DNA of 64,000 nt from the human T2T-CHM13v2.0 reference genome, Homo sapiens (GCF_009914755.1 NC_060925.1), one strand, 5' to 3'. Shown: positions 12,629 through 58,529, counted from the stretch's first letter. Notes: a model not told the origin generated them from the letters alone. Made by a program: numbers and translations.

Positions 12629-13062
12629 TGTGATGGCTAATACTGAGTGTCAATTCGCTTCAATTGAAGGATACAAAGTATTGATCCTGGGTGTGTCTGT
12701 GAGGGTGTTGCCAAAAGAGATTAACATTTGAGTCAGGGGGCTGGGAAAGGCAGACCCACCCTTAATCTGGTGGGCACAATCTAATCAGCTGCCAGCGAAT
12801 ATAAAGCAGGCAGAAAAACGTAAAAAGGAGAAAACAGGCCTAGCCTCCCAGCCTACATCTTTCTCCCATGCTGGACGCCTCTTGCCCTAGAATATTGGAC
12901 TCCACATTCTTCAATTTTGAGACCTGAACTGGCTCTCCTTGCTCCTCAGCTTGCAGACAGAGTTTACTACTTAATAAACTCTCATATATATATACATATA
13001 TATATGTATGTATGTATATGTATGTATCTCCTATTAGTTTTGCCCAAGAGAACCCTAATACA
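12629..13062 (+). mobile_element. MLT2A (HERV-L) solo LTR, MLT2A1-sized (434 bp)
   Basis: TGTGATGGCTAATACTGAGTGTCAA...CTAATACA, perfect 5-bp TSD CATAG (12624-12628, 13063-13067), TATAAA at 12800, AATAAA followed by a (TA)/(TATG) tract. Confidence 0.9.
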
Positions 13063-13352
13063 CATAGCCTGCTGCATACCTATCTCCCAGCTGACTTGCA
13101 TCAAATTGGCATACAACTTCCATTTACTCATGGTTTCAAGTATTTCACTGGTGTCGTTCCACACCGTCCGTATGGCTGCCCATAGCCACTCAATCAAGGT
13201 GTGGTCACCTTGCCCTTGTGTCAGCCACCAGCTAACCTGCAACCGCTGATGGAGGGAGAGGTGAGTCGTGATAGAGGCCATCTTTTCCATCTCAGAGGCA
13301 GAAGAGGTGATACTGTCTGCTCCCTCATCCCATAAATGAAGCATCCAGATGA

Positions 13353-13913
<561 letters not shown>

Positions 13914-14343
13914 CACAGCAGCTTCTAATTCCTTTTCCAAGTGCTGTAGCCAGGACTTCAGGCACCCTGCCTACACCTGGAGGTCCCCATTCATGGCAGC
14001 TTCTAACTCTTTTTCTGGGCTGTGTAGCCAGGCCTCCAGATGCGCTGCCTGCATCTGGAGGGTCCTTATCTGCATTGCATCCCTCAGGGACTGGGTGTGT
14101 ACTTCTCGTAGTGCAGTCAAAAATGCCCATCCAACTCTGCCAGCAAAGGCTCGCTCCTTGGTGGTCTGTGTTTCCAGCTGCTTCAGCACCTTCTCCATGC
14201 TCATGGGGGACCCAACTACTGCCGCCCAGGTTTCCACCAGAACAAATCCAAGCAGAACAGCCACCAAGGGGTACCACAACCCATGTTGCAGCCACATGGC
14301 CAACCTGGAATCAGTGGGGGACCAAAGGCTCACTCTCCTCAGG

Positions 14344-14361
14344 ATCCTGTTCATGATGCCA
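14344..14361 (-). other. Primer-binding site, tRNA-Ser(CGA)-like
   Basis: TGGCATCATGAACAGGAT, 2 nt inside the 5' LTR; differs by two CpG-type transitions from TGGCGTCACGAACAGGAT, the recalled complement of the tRNA-Ser-CGA 3' end. Confidence 0.85.
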
Positions 14362-14363
14362 AT

Positions 14364-15091
<728 letters not shown>

Positions 15092-15729
15092 TCCCTAAGA
15101 ACTCTTTAGTAAAGTCTAAATTGCTGCAAACACAGTATATACATGGTTCTTTGAGAAATTCCAAATACTACATTTAAGACAATGTAGTGAAACACAGAAG
15201 CAGCAGGTGTGGATCTGGGAAGCAGGAGTTTTGAGAAATCAAGCATACAGCATAGTTGCAGAAATTTAGGAGGGGCTTGATCTTCCATGGGCCATGAAAT
15301 TGACAGAGGTAAAAGCCAATTATACCTACTTCTCTGGGGAGCAAGAGAACTCCAGCTGACAGTACTGATAATTATACTAATTAATAATTACTGTAGAATC
15401 AGCTGCCATTTATGGAGCATTTATGGATGAGGCATTAAGAACCACAGCCTTATAAGCTTAAACTTGAACTACATTTTTGTCATTTGACTACCAATGACTA
15501 TAGGTCTCAGATTATTTTTGTTGTTGTTTCTCATTTTATCTCATCTCTTGTCAATCAGCATTACATTAAGCCCATTTGGGCAGCCAAAGAAGTATGATCC
15601 TTCCTCTTAATAAGCCTATAAGCTGAAGGGCTCTTATTTCACCCACACAGCAACAGTATTTAATAGGGAGAGGAAAGGAAATTCCAGGAAAGCTGAACGA
15701 AGAAGACAACCCAACCTGCTGTCTGAGCT

Positions 15730-16440
15730 TTGTCTCCATTCCTCACTCGCATTACAGTTACACCCTCCAACTGGCCCCCACTCCACCTGCGGCCTCCGCC
15801 CATCGACTTTCAACTCAGCAGCCAGAGTGGTCCTTACAAAAAGAACGTCTGAAGGTCATACTATATCACTCTGCCAAATTTACCACTGAGTCCCCATTTT
15901 ACAGAGTAAACTCCCATCCTTTACATAAAGTTGCAAGCTTTGCATGATCCGTGCACCAGAGGCCACCTGGATGCTTTAGCCTCTCCAGAGCCAGAGATTT
16001 CACCTCCTCTCTCACTCTGCTGTCCTGTGCCCACTCCACTGCAGCACCAGCCAGTCTCAGCCTCTTGCCCTTCTACCTGCTCTGTTTTACTCTAGGGTAG
16101 TTGCGTGATTCCTCCCCTCACTCCTGATAATCTTATCTGTGAGGCCTTCCTCATACCACCTAACACAAAATAGGAAACCCCAACTTCCACCTCTCATTGC
16201 CTCCCCACCTTATCTGATTTCTTGTATGGCCACTAGATATTACATTATATTTCTTTGTTGTCTCTCTCCCTTCTCTGGCATGCAAATTCCATCATGACAG
16301 GGATTTGGTTGGTTTTGTTCATTCATATCCAGCACGTAGAAAAGTGCCTGGCATCTAGTAGGAACACAGTTTTGTTTTTAACAGCTTTATTGAGATATAA
16401 TTGACAGAATTTTACTTTTGAGTGAATGAATGAACGAGTG
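15730..16440. mobile_element. L2 remnant
   Basis: 'cagcagccagagtggtcctt...gtgcctggcatctagtagg...tgaatgaatgaa' typical L2 3' end. Confidence 0.6.
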
Positions 16441-16731
16441 TGCAAAAAGAGAGAGTAAGAAAAGTTAAGGGAGCAGTCCTCTCCTGAGTAAGGCAATCAT
16501 TGAAAATCACTTGTTAGAGGCTATGTGTTGCAGATCACTGAGGAAGCATAAGAAATTAAAAAAAAAGTGTCCATTAAAACAATCTTATCATGCCTCACAT
16601 ATGATCAATAAGAAACTAGACGGATTGAACTGGAGGCCAAGAGGGGCAGGGCAGGGTTTTAATAATAGAGAAGTGATTGTGAATTTTAGGATTCCAAAAC
16701 CTACAGATCAGTGGGTTTTTTCATTTGTTTG

Positions 16732-16763
<32 letters not shown>

Positions 16764-16983
16764 CCCCACACAGTTCTTTGCAGTTGTTTCTTTACAAAGA
16801 ATATTTAAACAATGGTGTCACCATAACTAACGCAATGTTTTTCTCCTGAGTTCTGAAGAATACACAGGCCTTTTCCATAGAAGGTAAAAATGTGTTTAAA
16901 GACTATAAAGACTACCTCTTTCTGGTGTAAAGGCTATAAACACGAAGTAAATCCCTAGACATTTCCCAGGAGCTTTCCTGACC

Positions 16984-17379
16984 CAGAGGTTACTTCAAGT
17001 ATGGCCCAAGGACCAGTGGCTCCAGCCACATAAATACATTTCCAATATATATTTCATATATTAGGTTGAGTTTAGCGTAAGTTATTAATGTTTATCATAA
17101 TGATTTATTTATTCTTTATGGGCAATCCTCACTTATTAAAGATGTCATTGATTGGCTGAAATTAATAATTCCCTGTTAATTCACAATTTATATTTTAGTG
17201 GTAACTATAAAATAAAGGCTGCATCAGTCACAAATTAATTTACATTTGTATTGGAAATGTAAGGGAGCATAATGGAAGTTTAATAGACATGTAGAATATT
17301 GGTCTCATCTTGACCCACTGAGTCAGAATCTGCATTTGAATAGGTGATTCTTGGGTATAATAAAACTTGAAAAACACTG
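16984..17379. mobile_element. MER5A1-like hAT-Charlie MITE split by an insertion of about 240 bp
   Basis: CAGAGGTTACTTCAAGTATGGCCCAAGGACCAG...ACTGAGTCAGAATCTGCATTT...AACTTGAAAAACACTG. Confidence 0.65.
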
Positions 17380-20300
17380 TTCTGGACAGCTTTTGGTACA
17401 TTTTAGAAGGGAGGTCTGTGCAGGCCCATTCTGTTGCTGAGAATTTATTTAGAGATTCATAGCCCCAGATACCTGCACCCCAAGAACAGAAGGGGGAGCC
17501 CTAATCCCCCAGTTGCCAGTTGAAAAACTGGTTATAGTTGCTTCCTGTTCTTCACAGGGCAGGTAATGTGAAATGGAGTATTAGAAGCAGCAGAAGTAGA
17601 GGAAGGAGAACAAAAAATACGTGCTACTCCTTCCCAGTGGGGTTGCGAGCAAGAGGAGAATCTGGCAAATCCCTGGGGTCTCAGAAACATACGGAGGCCA
17701 CTGTCAGAGCAGGAAGCAATCAAGGGGAAACTAGGGAAGAACAGAGTCGAAATCTTGTTCTTCTACTTCTGTGTACTGTTCTGAGTCTCCCTGGTTATTT
17801 TTCATCTCTTTAATAAATTGCCTACACTTCTGCTTTCTCTTTTTTTTTTCTCTCAAAAGTAACAGTAGTAATAATGATAATATCTTATATCCACATGATG
17901 CTATATACTCTCTGGTATATAGTAGATATAACAGTCTTTTACGAAAGGCAAGTTTAGGCTGTTTTGCAAATGATAAATGTTCCATACACTTTCTCCCATT
18001 TTTAATTGGGTTATCATTAAAAGTATTTCTTGTTTTTCATTCATTTTGGCAAATTTTGGAGGGTTTCGGTGTGTTTGTGTGCACACAGGATAATTTGTTG
18101 AGTTATTGCCAAAGTGAATTGAATGAGGAAAGTGAGGAAAAATACTACCATTAAGTAGATCAACCCCCTTATTTTGAAGGTGACAAAACCAAGCCACAAG
18201 AGTTTAGGTGATGTGACTTGGATCCTATAGCAAGTGAATAAAACCAGTATCTCCCATTCTTTACATTCCACAGTACACTCTACTGATATGCATGGAATAA
18301 ATTTTAGAGAACCTGTGAGCTAAATCTTAACCTTGTGTCCAAGACAGATCTCACCTAAATGGTCCTTTAAGAAGATAACTACTCTTACTATTCTTTAATT
18401 TCCACAGAAGCAGAATTTATAAGTTCCTGTGACTCATGAGATACAGTATGATTAAGAAGGGCTTTGAAAAGTGCAAAGCACCATACAAACATGAGAGATT
18501 GTTTCTAATAATGACCGGTGCCCATAAGCCTTTATTGCCGAGAGTGTCTTTACAATATCCAAACTCAGTGCCTCCTTCTGCAATGTGAGACAGTCTCTGT
18601 TTTGTTCAACTTTGGAATCTTTTCACCATCAGGTTCTCAAGCAGCTATCTCTGAAACCAACTGGCTTATCCTGACATGCTCAATTCTGAGTTTATGTTTC
18701 ATTGTGTTTCACCTTTGCGCTTGATCTCCATGCTTTGACATGGTGGTGATTTGACAATACAAATGGCTTCCCAGACCCTATCTGGACCATCCACTTTGTT
18801 CCTTTGCTTTGAAAATGAGTCTAAATTTGAAGGAAATTGGATAAAGGAGGTAGGAAATGTACCATCTGGGCCCTTGGCAAACTGTGTTTTGTTTAAATTC
18901 TTAGTCTTGACAATTTGTCTCTCTTCTTTTCTGATTTATTTCACAGGGATTACATAAACTAACGTGGCCCATGAGCTGTGTAGCCCAACCGTACAGTGTA
19001 CTACACTTTCCTCTTCTAAATGGGATTGTTGAAACCAAAGCCTGAGAGGAACTAATCCAAAATTTTCTTTGATTTCCCCAAAATGTCAAATCTCCTGACT
19101 TCTCTGACACCAATTGGATGTTTTATTCACTTAGACTGTGGGTCTATACCAGCTGACTCCATGAAAAAAATAGACAGGCCCTTCTGGGGCCAGGTTGAAC
19201 TACAGAGTCAGACAATGAACAAAGATGTGCTTTAGATTCTTCAGTTACTGAAATTGAATAACTCTTATTTTCTTGAAAGCAGAATAAAAGCAAAGCAGAT
19301 TCCTAGAGTTTATATAACATTGAAATAAACACTTAAAAACTGTATTCCTCCTTTCTTTTCCTTTAGGTATATTTCCTTTCTCAGATATTATAAAATCTAA
19401 AATCTATGGCTATGACCAGTTAATTTTTGTTTAATGAAAGGATAAAAAGTTCACTTTATTGACGAAGTCACACTTCACAAAAAGATGCTGTGCTCAGTAT
19501 AATTTCTAATTCCTTTACTCAATTTCATTTTCTCCACCTTTTCAGGCTGTAAGGTCAGCCTGATGAAAGAAGAAGGCAGTAAAAAGAGACCTTCAGCTGG
19601 CCCGGTCCCAGGCCTGGTTGCTGATAACAAAAAGGGCTCTGAATTAGACGTTTAAAAAAAATCAGATAGATAAGAGTAGATATCATGCCTAGACTCTCAA
19701 CCCGGGCTAAGCAAAGCCTGAGTGAGCTTGTTCAGGTTTCAACCCAAGTGAAGCTGGACAAAATTGTTCATTTGTAGCTGTTCTTTATAAAGTTGCATGC
19801 ACTCTCTAGCCAATATTTTCCACCCTCACATCCCAAGGGAACCATAGTAATGATAAAAACAAGTGGAGAGAGTGCTGAATATCAGTCCTCAATCACTCCC
19901 TCCCATAGCAAACAACCTATACAAGTGTCATGAAAAACTTCCCTGAGTGTTGGCAAAAAGCCGCTCTTGCAGTGTGCTTACGAGTTTAGTTTTTGAGCAT
20001 ATTGGTTTATCGATGGGAATATTTGTATTCTTAAAATCACAAGAGGTTGGCATAAGAAAATAAACTGCCAGGGATATTTGAAATGAAGTGCATTGTTCTG
20101 CTCAATGAGTCACATTTACAGACAGAGCCTTTGGAGCTGCCACACCTCTGGCCTTCTACTCTGAAGACACAGTGAACAAGCAGAAAAAAACTAGGGCTGG
20201 GAATTCAGTTTGGGAGAAAAGGCAGCTAAGCTGACCTTTGAACTTTAGGGTAAGACCCTTGGGCAGCCACGTAATGACCAGCGCCATCCCATTCTTCAAG

Positions 20301-21989
20301 GAGAGCACCATACTCAAGCACTGCCTGTCAAGAGGGAGCAAGAGGGAAACTGCTCTAGAACAGAGGAGATGCCTTCTAGAAAACAAGGGTGGGGGAAAGA
20401 ATTTTTACACTATAACCCGGGGCTCCTTCACTATCTTGTTTTATTTACTTCTCCTGACTCCATTCATTCAGTCATTCAACAGAGAGTTTACTGAGATAGG
20501 TGCTGGGGAAGTACTGAATGAAAACAGACTCCATCCCTTCCTTCATACAGCAGGAAGCTGACAATCAATTATACAATATAAATTTGACATTGTTACCATG
20601 ATCATACTGCAAAGGTGAGTTATCTGATGCTATGGAAGCATGAAAGAAGGGAATTTGACTTAGTTATGGAGCTCAGGCCAGGCTTCCAGGACACAGCTGG
20701 AATTTGAAGGAAAAGCAGGTGAGAAGAAGCATGAGAAAATGATTCAAGCAAGACAGCAAGGGGAAAAAAATTCCCTCAACATCTGTCAACATTGCAGTGC
20801 AATATCAAAGCCCAAGTTCAGAAGACTCCAACCTTGCTGGGAAGAAGAGTGACATCACACTGCCCATGAAGATGTTGAAAACAGACAATGTTGGTGAAAT
20901 CCCTGTTGAGAGCAGGGACAGACCGTTTCCTAAATGCTACACTCCCCTCCCCAGAAATGTTCCGAGACGGGGCCACAGCAGGGAAGAGTCACAGGTTTTG
21001 CTTGCTGTGGACCTCTGACGCTGTGAATAAAACTTTTTCTTTAGTTTTACAATAGATGTCACTGTGCGGCATTCTTAAACACAAAGAAGAGGGAGAAACG
21101 AGGTTACTAAGATAATTTAGTAACTAAGAGAGAACATGATATATTGAAAAACAGTGGAATTTGGAGTCAGTTGGTTCATTCTAGTACGATGATAATACTC
21201 CCAACCTTGAACAAGTTACTTAGATTTTTTTGAACATTAGTTCTGTCACCCATAAAATAGGCATAATAAAATCCATCACTCAAAAAATGTTAGTTTCTTC
21301 TCTCATTGGCTAATTTTCATAATCAGAATTTCCAAGACTCATTATTTTCATTTGAAAAGTACAAATTATACCTGCATCAGAGTATTGATATTTAAATGAG
21401 TTCATTTGTAAACTTTAAAGCATGAGGTAAATATCAGGTATTATGAATCAGTCATAAAATATTTGCGATGGTTACTATATATTAGATCCTGTTTTTGGTC
21501 CTGGAGAAATGGAGGGTTGACTGAAGCAGGGCCTTGCCCTTAGGAGAGAGCTGAAGGAGAAATCTATTCTTCTTCCTGAGGCAGAGAGAAAAGGTAGCAA
21601 GGCCAGAGGGAAAGGGCTGCACAGGCACCCAAGTTCCTGGCAGTTGGCCCTCTCTGGGGGATATCTGATATCTGACCTCCAGCCATCAGCTGAGAGCTTG
21701 CCCAGACTATCTGACCCAAGGGCTGTAGGGACTGGGCTGCAGAATGGATTTCTAAATCTTCAAAATAAACAGGCAAGGAAATCTTGCAACAAATGAAAAA
21801 TGACTTGAGGGCAGTAGAAAGTACTTGTGCCAACTGATGGAGGAGGTTATGAAAAATGAGGAGAGGAAAATCACTATAGACTTCTGTGTTTCTACTGCAA
21901 GTGGATTGAACAGTCCAGATATACTGATTTCCAGCCCATATTTCCTGCTTTTAAGCTCCTTTGGTCTTATTTCCCTCTTCTTTCTGAAA

Positions 21990-22269
21990 AGTTATAAAAT
22001 GAATGAAGGGCAGAATGTTTCTTGCCCAACCATGATTCAGGAGGCAGCTCAGCCACAGAACAGGCAAGTGTAGCATTGCCTGGAGGAAAAGGACTTGTAG
22101 AGGCAGGTCCCAGATGGATCCACCCCAGACTTTTCAAAGAAGACACCTCCTTCATCTTGTGTTCTAAAACCTTGCAAGTTCAGGAAGAAACCATCTGCAT
22201 CCATATTGAAAACCTGACACAATGTATGCAGCAGGCTCAGTGTGAGTGAACTGGAGGCTTCTCTACAAC
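21990..22269 (+). promoter_or_regulatory. CLCA2 proximal promoter/5' UTR with p53/p63-type response element
   Basis: GGACTTGTAG-AGGCAGGTCC (22091-22110) = two adjacent RRRCWWGYYY-like half-sites; extra half-site AGGCAAGTGT at 22062-22071; TATAAAA at 21993-21999. CLCA2 is an established p53-family target. TSS cannot be fixed from sequence alone. Confidence 0.65.
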
Positions 22270-53548
<31,279 letters not shown>

Positions 53549-54580
53549 ATAAATATCCAAAGTGTCTTCCTTCTTAGATATAAGACCCATGGCCTTCGAC
53601 TACAAAAACATACTAACAAAGTCAAATTAACATCAAAACTGTATTAAAATGCATTGAGTTTTTGTACAATACAGATAAGATTTTTACATGGTAGATCAAC
53701 AAATTCTTTTTGGGGGTAGATTAGAAAACCCTTACACTTTGGCTATGAACAAATAATAAAAATTATTCTTTAAAGTAATGTCTTTAAAGGCAAAGGGAAG
53801 GGTAAAGTCGGACCAGTGTCAAGGAAAGTTTGTTTTATTGAGGTGGAAAAATAGCCCCAAGCAGAGAAAAGGAGGGTAGGTCTGCATTATAACTGTCTGT
53901 GTGAAGCAATCATTTAGTTACTTTGATTAATTTTTCTTTTCTCCTTATCTGTGCAGAACAGGTTGCTTGTTTACAACTGAAGATCATGCTATATTTTATA
54001 TATGAAGCCCCTAATGCAAAGCTCTTTACCTCTTGCTATTTTGTTATATATATTACAGATGAAATCTCACTGCTAATGCTCAGAGATCTTTTTTCACTGT
54101 AAGAGGTAACCTTTAACAATATGGGTATTACCTTTGTCTCTTCATACCGGTTTTATGACAAAGGTCTATTGAATTTATTTGTTTGTAAGTTTCTACTCCC
54201 ATCAAAGCAGCTTTCTAAGTTATTGCCTTGGTTATTATGGATGATAGTTATAGCCCTTATAATGCCTTAACTAAGGAAGAAAAGATGTTATTCTGAGTTT
54301 GTTTTAATACATATATGAACATATAGTTTTATTCAATTAAACCAAAGAAGAGGTCAGCAGGGAGATACTAACCTTTGGAAATGATTAGCTGGCTCTGTTT
54401 TTTGGTTAAATAAGAGTCTTTAATCCTTTCTCCATCAAGAGTTACTTACCAAGGGCAGGGGAAGGGGGATATAGAGGTCACAAGGAAATAAAAATCATCT
54501 TTCATCTTTAATTTTACTCCTTCCTCTTATTTTTTTAAAAGATTATCGAACAATAAAATCATTTGCCTTTTTAATTAAAG
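53549..54580 (+). terminator. CLCA2: CLCA2 3' UTR and polyadenylation signals
   Basis: AT-rich; AATAAA at 53548-53553, 53755-53760, 54487-54492 and 54552-54557. The distal site is my best guess for the main one; the end coordinate is approximate. Confidence 0.7.
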
Positions 54581-56884
54581 AGTTTAAAACTTTATTGAAG
54601 AATATATATAATAATGTAGACTAGATCTAAATTTTATAACCAGGACCAATTAAGAATAAAAATTAGATTATGTTTTGGGGTGGTGGAGAGGGAAATGTGG
54701 GGAATTGGGACAGGAAGAAAGAGATAGCATGAAGCCCTAAGTGAGAGACTCAGACCAGTGCTGGGGAGAAAAACAACCAGCAAATCTCTCTACCCAGGCC
54801 ACCTCCTTGCAGTTTATACTGATCCAGTGTCTGGCCTGTTACTTTCTAAGTCTCACAGTGCCTACATTTTCACAGATGAAAGCTTCAAGACACTTGCAGC
54901 TCAATTCCTAGCTGGCAGTCAATCCTTCCTCCCTCTATTGCTATTATACTTGCTAGCATGGAATTTGCTTCTCTCCAGTTTTAAACTGGGCTAGTGAAAC
55001 ACAGAGACGGATTGTAGTGGGTTTCAAGTTCTCGAATATTTTCCTCATTTTACAGACAGGAAAATGGAGGGTTGGGTGAGTAATTCAAAGTTTTATACTG
55101 GTTAATGGCAAAGCTATATTAGAGGTAGAGCCAGGTTCTCAGACTACTCCTTTTCTCCTATTTAAGGTGTGGGAGATGCCAGGGTTTCTACCTAGAGATA
55201 TTTAACTGTTTCATGATAAGTTAGCAGGACAGCAGATCTAGCTTTAAAGAAACCTGGTGGGTTTTGTTGTTGATGTTGTTGTTGTTTGTCTTCCATTTTG
55301 TGGGTACAGGAATGGAACAAATGGACTTAAGTCCAGAAATTAGTGAGTATAAGAGGCAAAATTAAGGGGTTCTAATGATATTAAAGTAACAAACAAATAT
55401 AACAGTATAGAAAGAGTGATCTCATGAAGTGCGTAGGGTAAACAGTGTTCAGTGGTTGTAAGGAGTGAAAATATTAAACAAAAAGAAAGATGTAGTAAAT
55501 GTAGGAAAACACAGATTTAGAGATTCCAGCAGTCAATAGAACAGAGTCACAGTAAAGACCCTGTTGATTCCAAATACCTGATAAAAAAAATTGAAACAAT
55601 AGGGCATTTGGCCAAAAAGAATGAAAAACTATGATGTGCTCGCTGGTCACTAGTGGAATACCATGATGTCAATACATGTGACATCATTAACAGTTTGACC
55701 CAAGATTGAAAGAGGAGGAAGACTGTGGGTTAGATAGACAGTTATCTGAGAGAGGGAAGAGAAGTCTATGGAATTAAGCAATATGGGCAGATATTATTTT
55801 TAAATTTCAGAATAGTCATTGTTATGTAGTGGATAGAAATTTGTTCTGGAAAGTGAAAAGAGCATTCCCCCATTTTTTGCCCTCTTCTTTTAGGGATAGT
55901 AGAGGAAGATTAATTGTCTCAATGGAAGAGAGACAAAAGTAGGGGATGGGAGATTTTTAAGAGCTGCTGATATAGCCTATGCACTGAGCAGGTCACTGTT
56001 TATGTGGACACTATTGACTTTCCCAAAAGTACGTTTGTACTTGCATGTTAATAGCAAAAAGTCTACCAAAAAAATTTGTGTATGCTTTATCTTTTATTAC
56101 AATGCAATTATTCTTAGAAGAGTTAACCCCTAGATATATCTTACATTTAAAACTTAATGTGACACTGATGGTGAAGCTGCTCATATCAAACTAATCCTCT
56201 TACAAATAACAATTATAATTCTGGAAGAAAATGTAGAACACAATTCTTTAAGCAATGGATCCTGACAAAAGCAAGCAGAAACTGAAGGAGATATGACCCT
56301 TAAAAGGGGAGAATAAGTAGAGGTGGGATCCACATTTAACCAAATTTTTCCCCAAAGGATCTCCCTAGTTTGCTCAGAACATCTGGATAGAGCTCAAGCA
56401 GAAAGCAGCCATCATCCCAGATTGATAAGTCAGAAGTAAGCAATCTGGGGGTCAGATTAGTTGGAAATTGAGGAAGGGAATCCCAAAAAGAAGCAGCCAC
56501 AAAGAGGAAAGTCCCCAAACCTGCATCCTCTCAATCTGAAAAAACCCAAATTTGATTTAAACTATCAATCCACAGATCTCAGATGTTCAAGTGAGCCTAA
56601 AATAGGATCTATACAAAGAAAACACCTAGGCATATCATAGGAATGATGACTGACTACTCATCAGAAACAACTGAGGCCACAAGACAATAAAATAGCATTT
56701 TAAAGTGCTAAAAGAAAATCTGTCAACATAGAATGATTTCAAGCAAAAATGTCTTTCAAAATGTAGATAAGTAGAAGCTAATTTTTGCCAGCAAGAAATA
56801 CCAAAGAAATTTCTTTAGGCTGAAGGAAAATGATGCCTGATGGAAATATAGATCTATAGCATTGAAGGGTTTTTAGAAATTATA

Positions 56885-57245
<361 letters not shown>

Positions 57246-57480
57246 TTAAAAAACAATTAACTATAACAGAAATAAAAACAATATATTGTGGTATTAATAA
57301 CAAGAAGTAAGATATAAGATAATAAGCGCAGAATGAACATAAAGGTGACAAATGGAATTATAATATCAAAGGGTACTCTAATTATACATAAAGTGGTATA
57401 ATATTAATTCAGAGTAGAGTGGGATAAATTAAGAACACATATTGTAACTCTTTTAGCACCCATTAAAAATAGAGAATTGA

Positions 57481-57800
57481 GGACAGGTATGGTGGCTCAC
57501 ACCTATAATCCTAGCACTTTGGGAGGCCTAGGTGGGAGGATTGCTTGAGCCCAGGAATTAGAGGCCTGCTAGGGCAACAAAATGCGATCCCATCTCTACA
57601 AAAAATCAAAAAAATTAGACAGGTGTTGTGGCACATGCCTGGAGTCCCAACTACATGGGATGCTGAGGCAGGAGAATCACTTGAGCCTAGCAGGTCAAAG
57701 CTGCAGTGAGCTATGCTCGTGCTACTGTACTCAGCCAGGATGACCGAGTGAGACCCTGTCTCAAAAATAATACATAAAATAAAAATATCTAAAATAAAAA
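57481..57800 (+). mobile_element. AluJ
   Basis: GGAGGATTGCTTGAGCCCAGG, diverged dimer. Confidence 0.9.
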
Positions 57801-57835
57801 TATGCTAAACATCCTACAATGCACAGGACAGCCCC

Positions 57836-58529
57836 TGCTAGCAGCGGTTAATCAACATGGGTCTGCGGCAACTCAATTCTTGCCCCCTTGAAGGAAAGAA
57901 TTTGACCGAGGGGCATAAGGCAGAGTGAGAGACTCAGGCAAGTTTTTGAGCGGGAGTAAGATTTTATTAAAAAGCTTTAGAGTAGGAACAAAAAGAGGGC
58001 CAAGGGGGCAACTTGAGAGATACAAGTGCCCTGTTTGACCTTTGACTTAGGGTTTTATACATTGGCATGGTTCCGGGGTTTGCATCTCTCCTCCCTTGAT
58101 TTCTTTTCTTGGGACAGGCTGTCTGCATTCGCAGTGGCCTGCCAGCACTTGGGAGGGGAGCATGCACAGTATGTTTACTAAAGTTGTGTGCATGTTCATT
58201 TTAGGCATTTTTTTCCTTACCAGTCGAGTGTTGCTAGAGGAAGGTCATATACCAGTTAAACTCCACCATTTTGCCTCTTAGTGCACATGCTTGAGCCCAC
58301 CTGCCCAATTCCTGAGATCTTACTGGGAAGCTGCTAATCACCAGCTTCAGGTGTTTTCTATCTGTTGGGAAACTACCTTCTCCTGGTGCTGGCTGCAACC
58401 AGTTATTATTTTAGAGAGACAGTTTAACAACTGCCTGACTATCACCTGGTGGCTGCCTGACATTCCTGGTGGAGGGTGGGGGGTCTGTCTCCAGTCCTAC
58501 TCATGTCTGCCTAGCTACCTACTCTAATA
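57836..58529 (-). mobile_element. MER50-like ERV1 solo LTR inserted in a MER20 fragment
   Basis: Minus strand starts TATTAGAGTAGGTAGCTAGGCAGACATGAG; 4-bp TSD CCCC; flanks 'tgctaaacatcctacaatgcacaggacagcccc' and 'acaacaaagaattattcagcc' are MER20. Confidence 0.8.
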
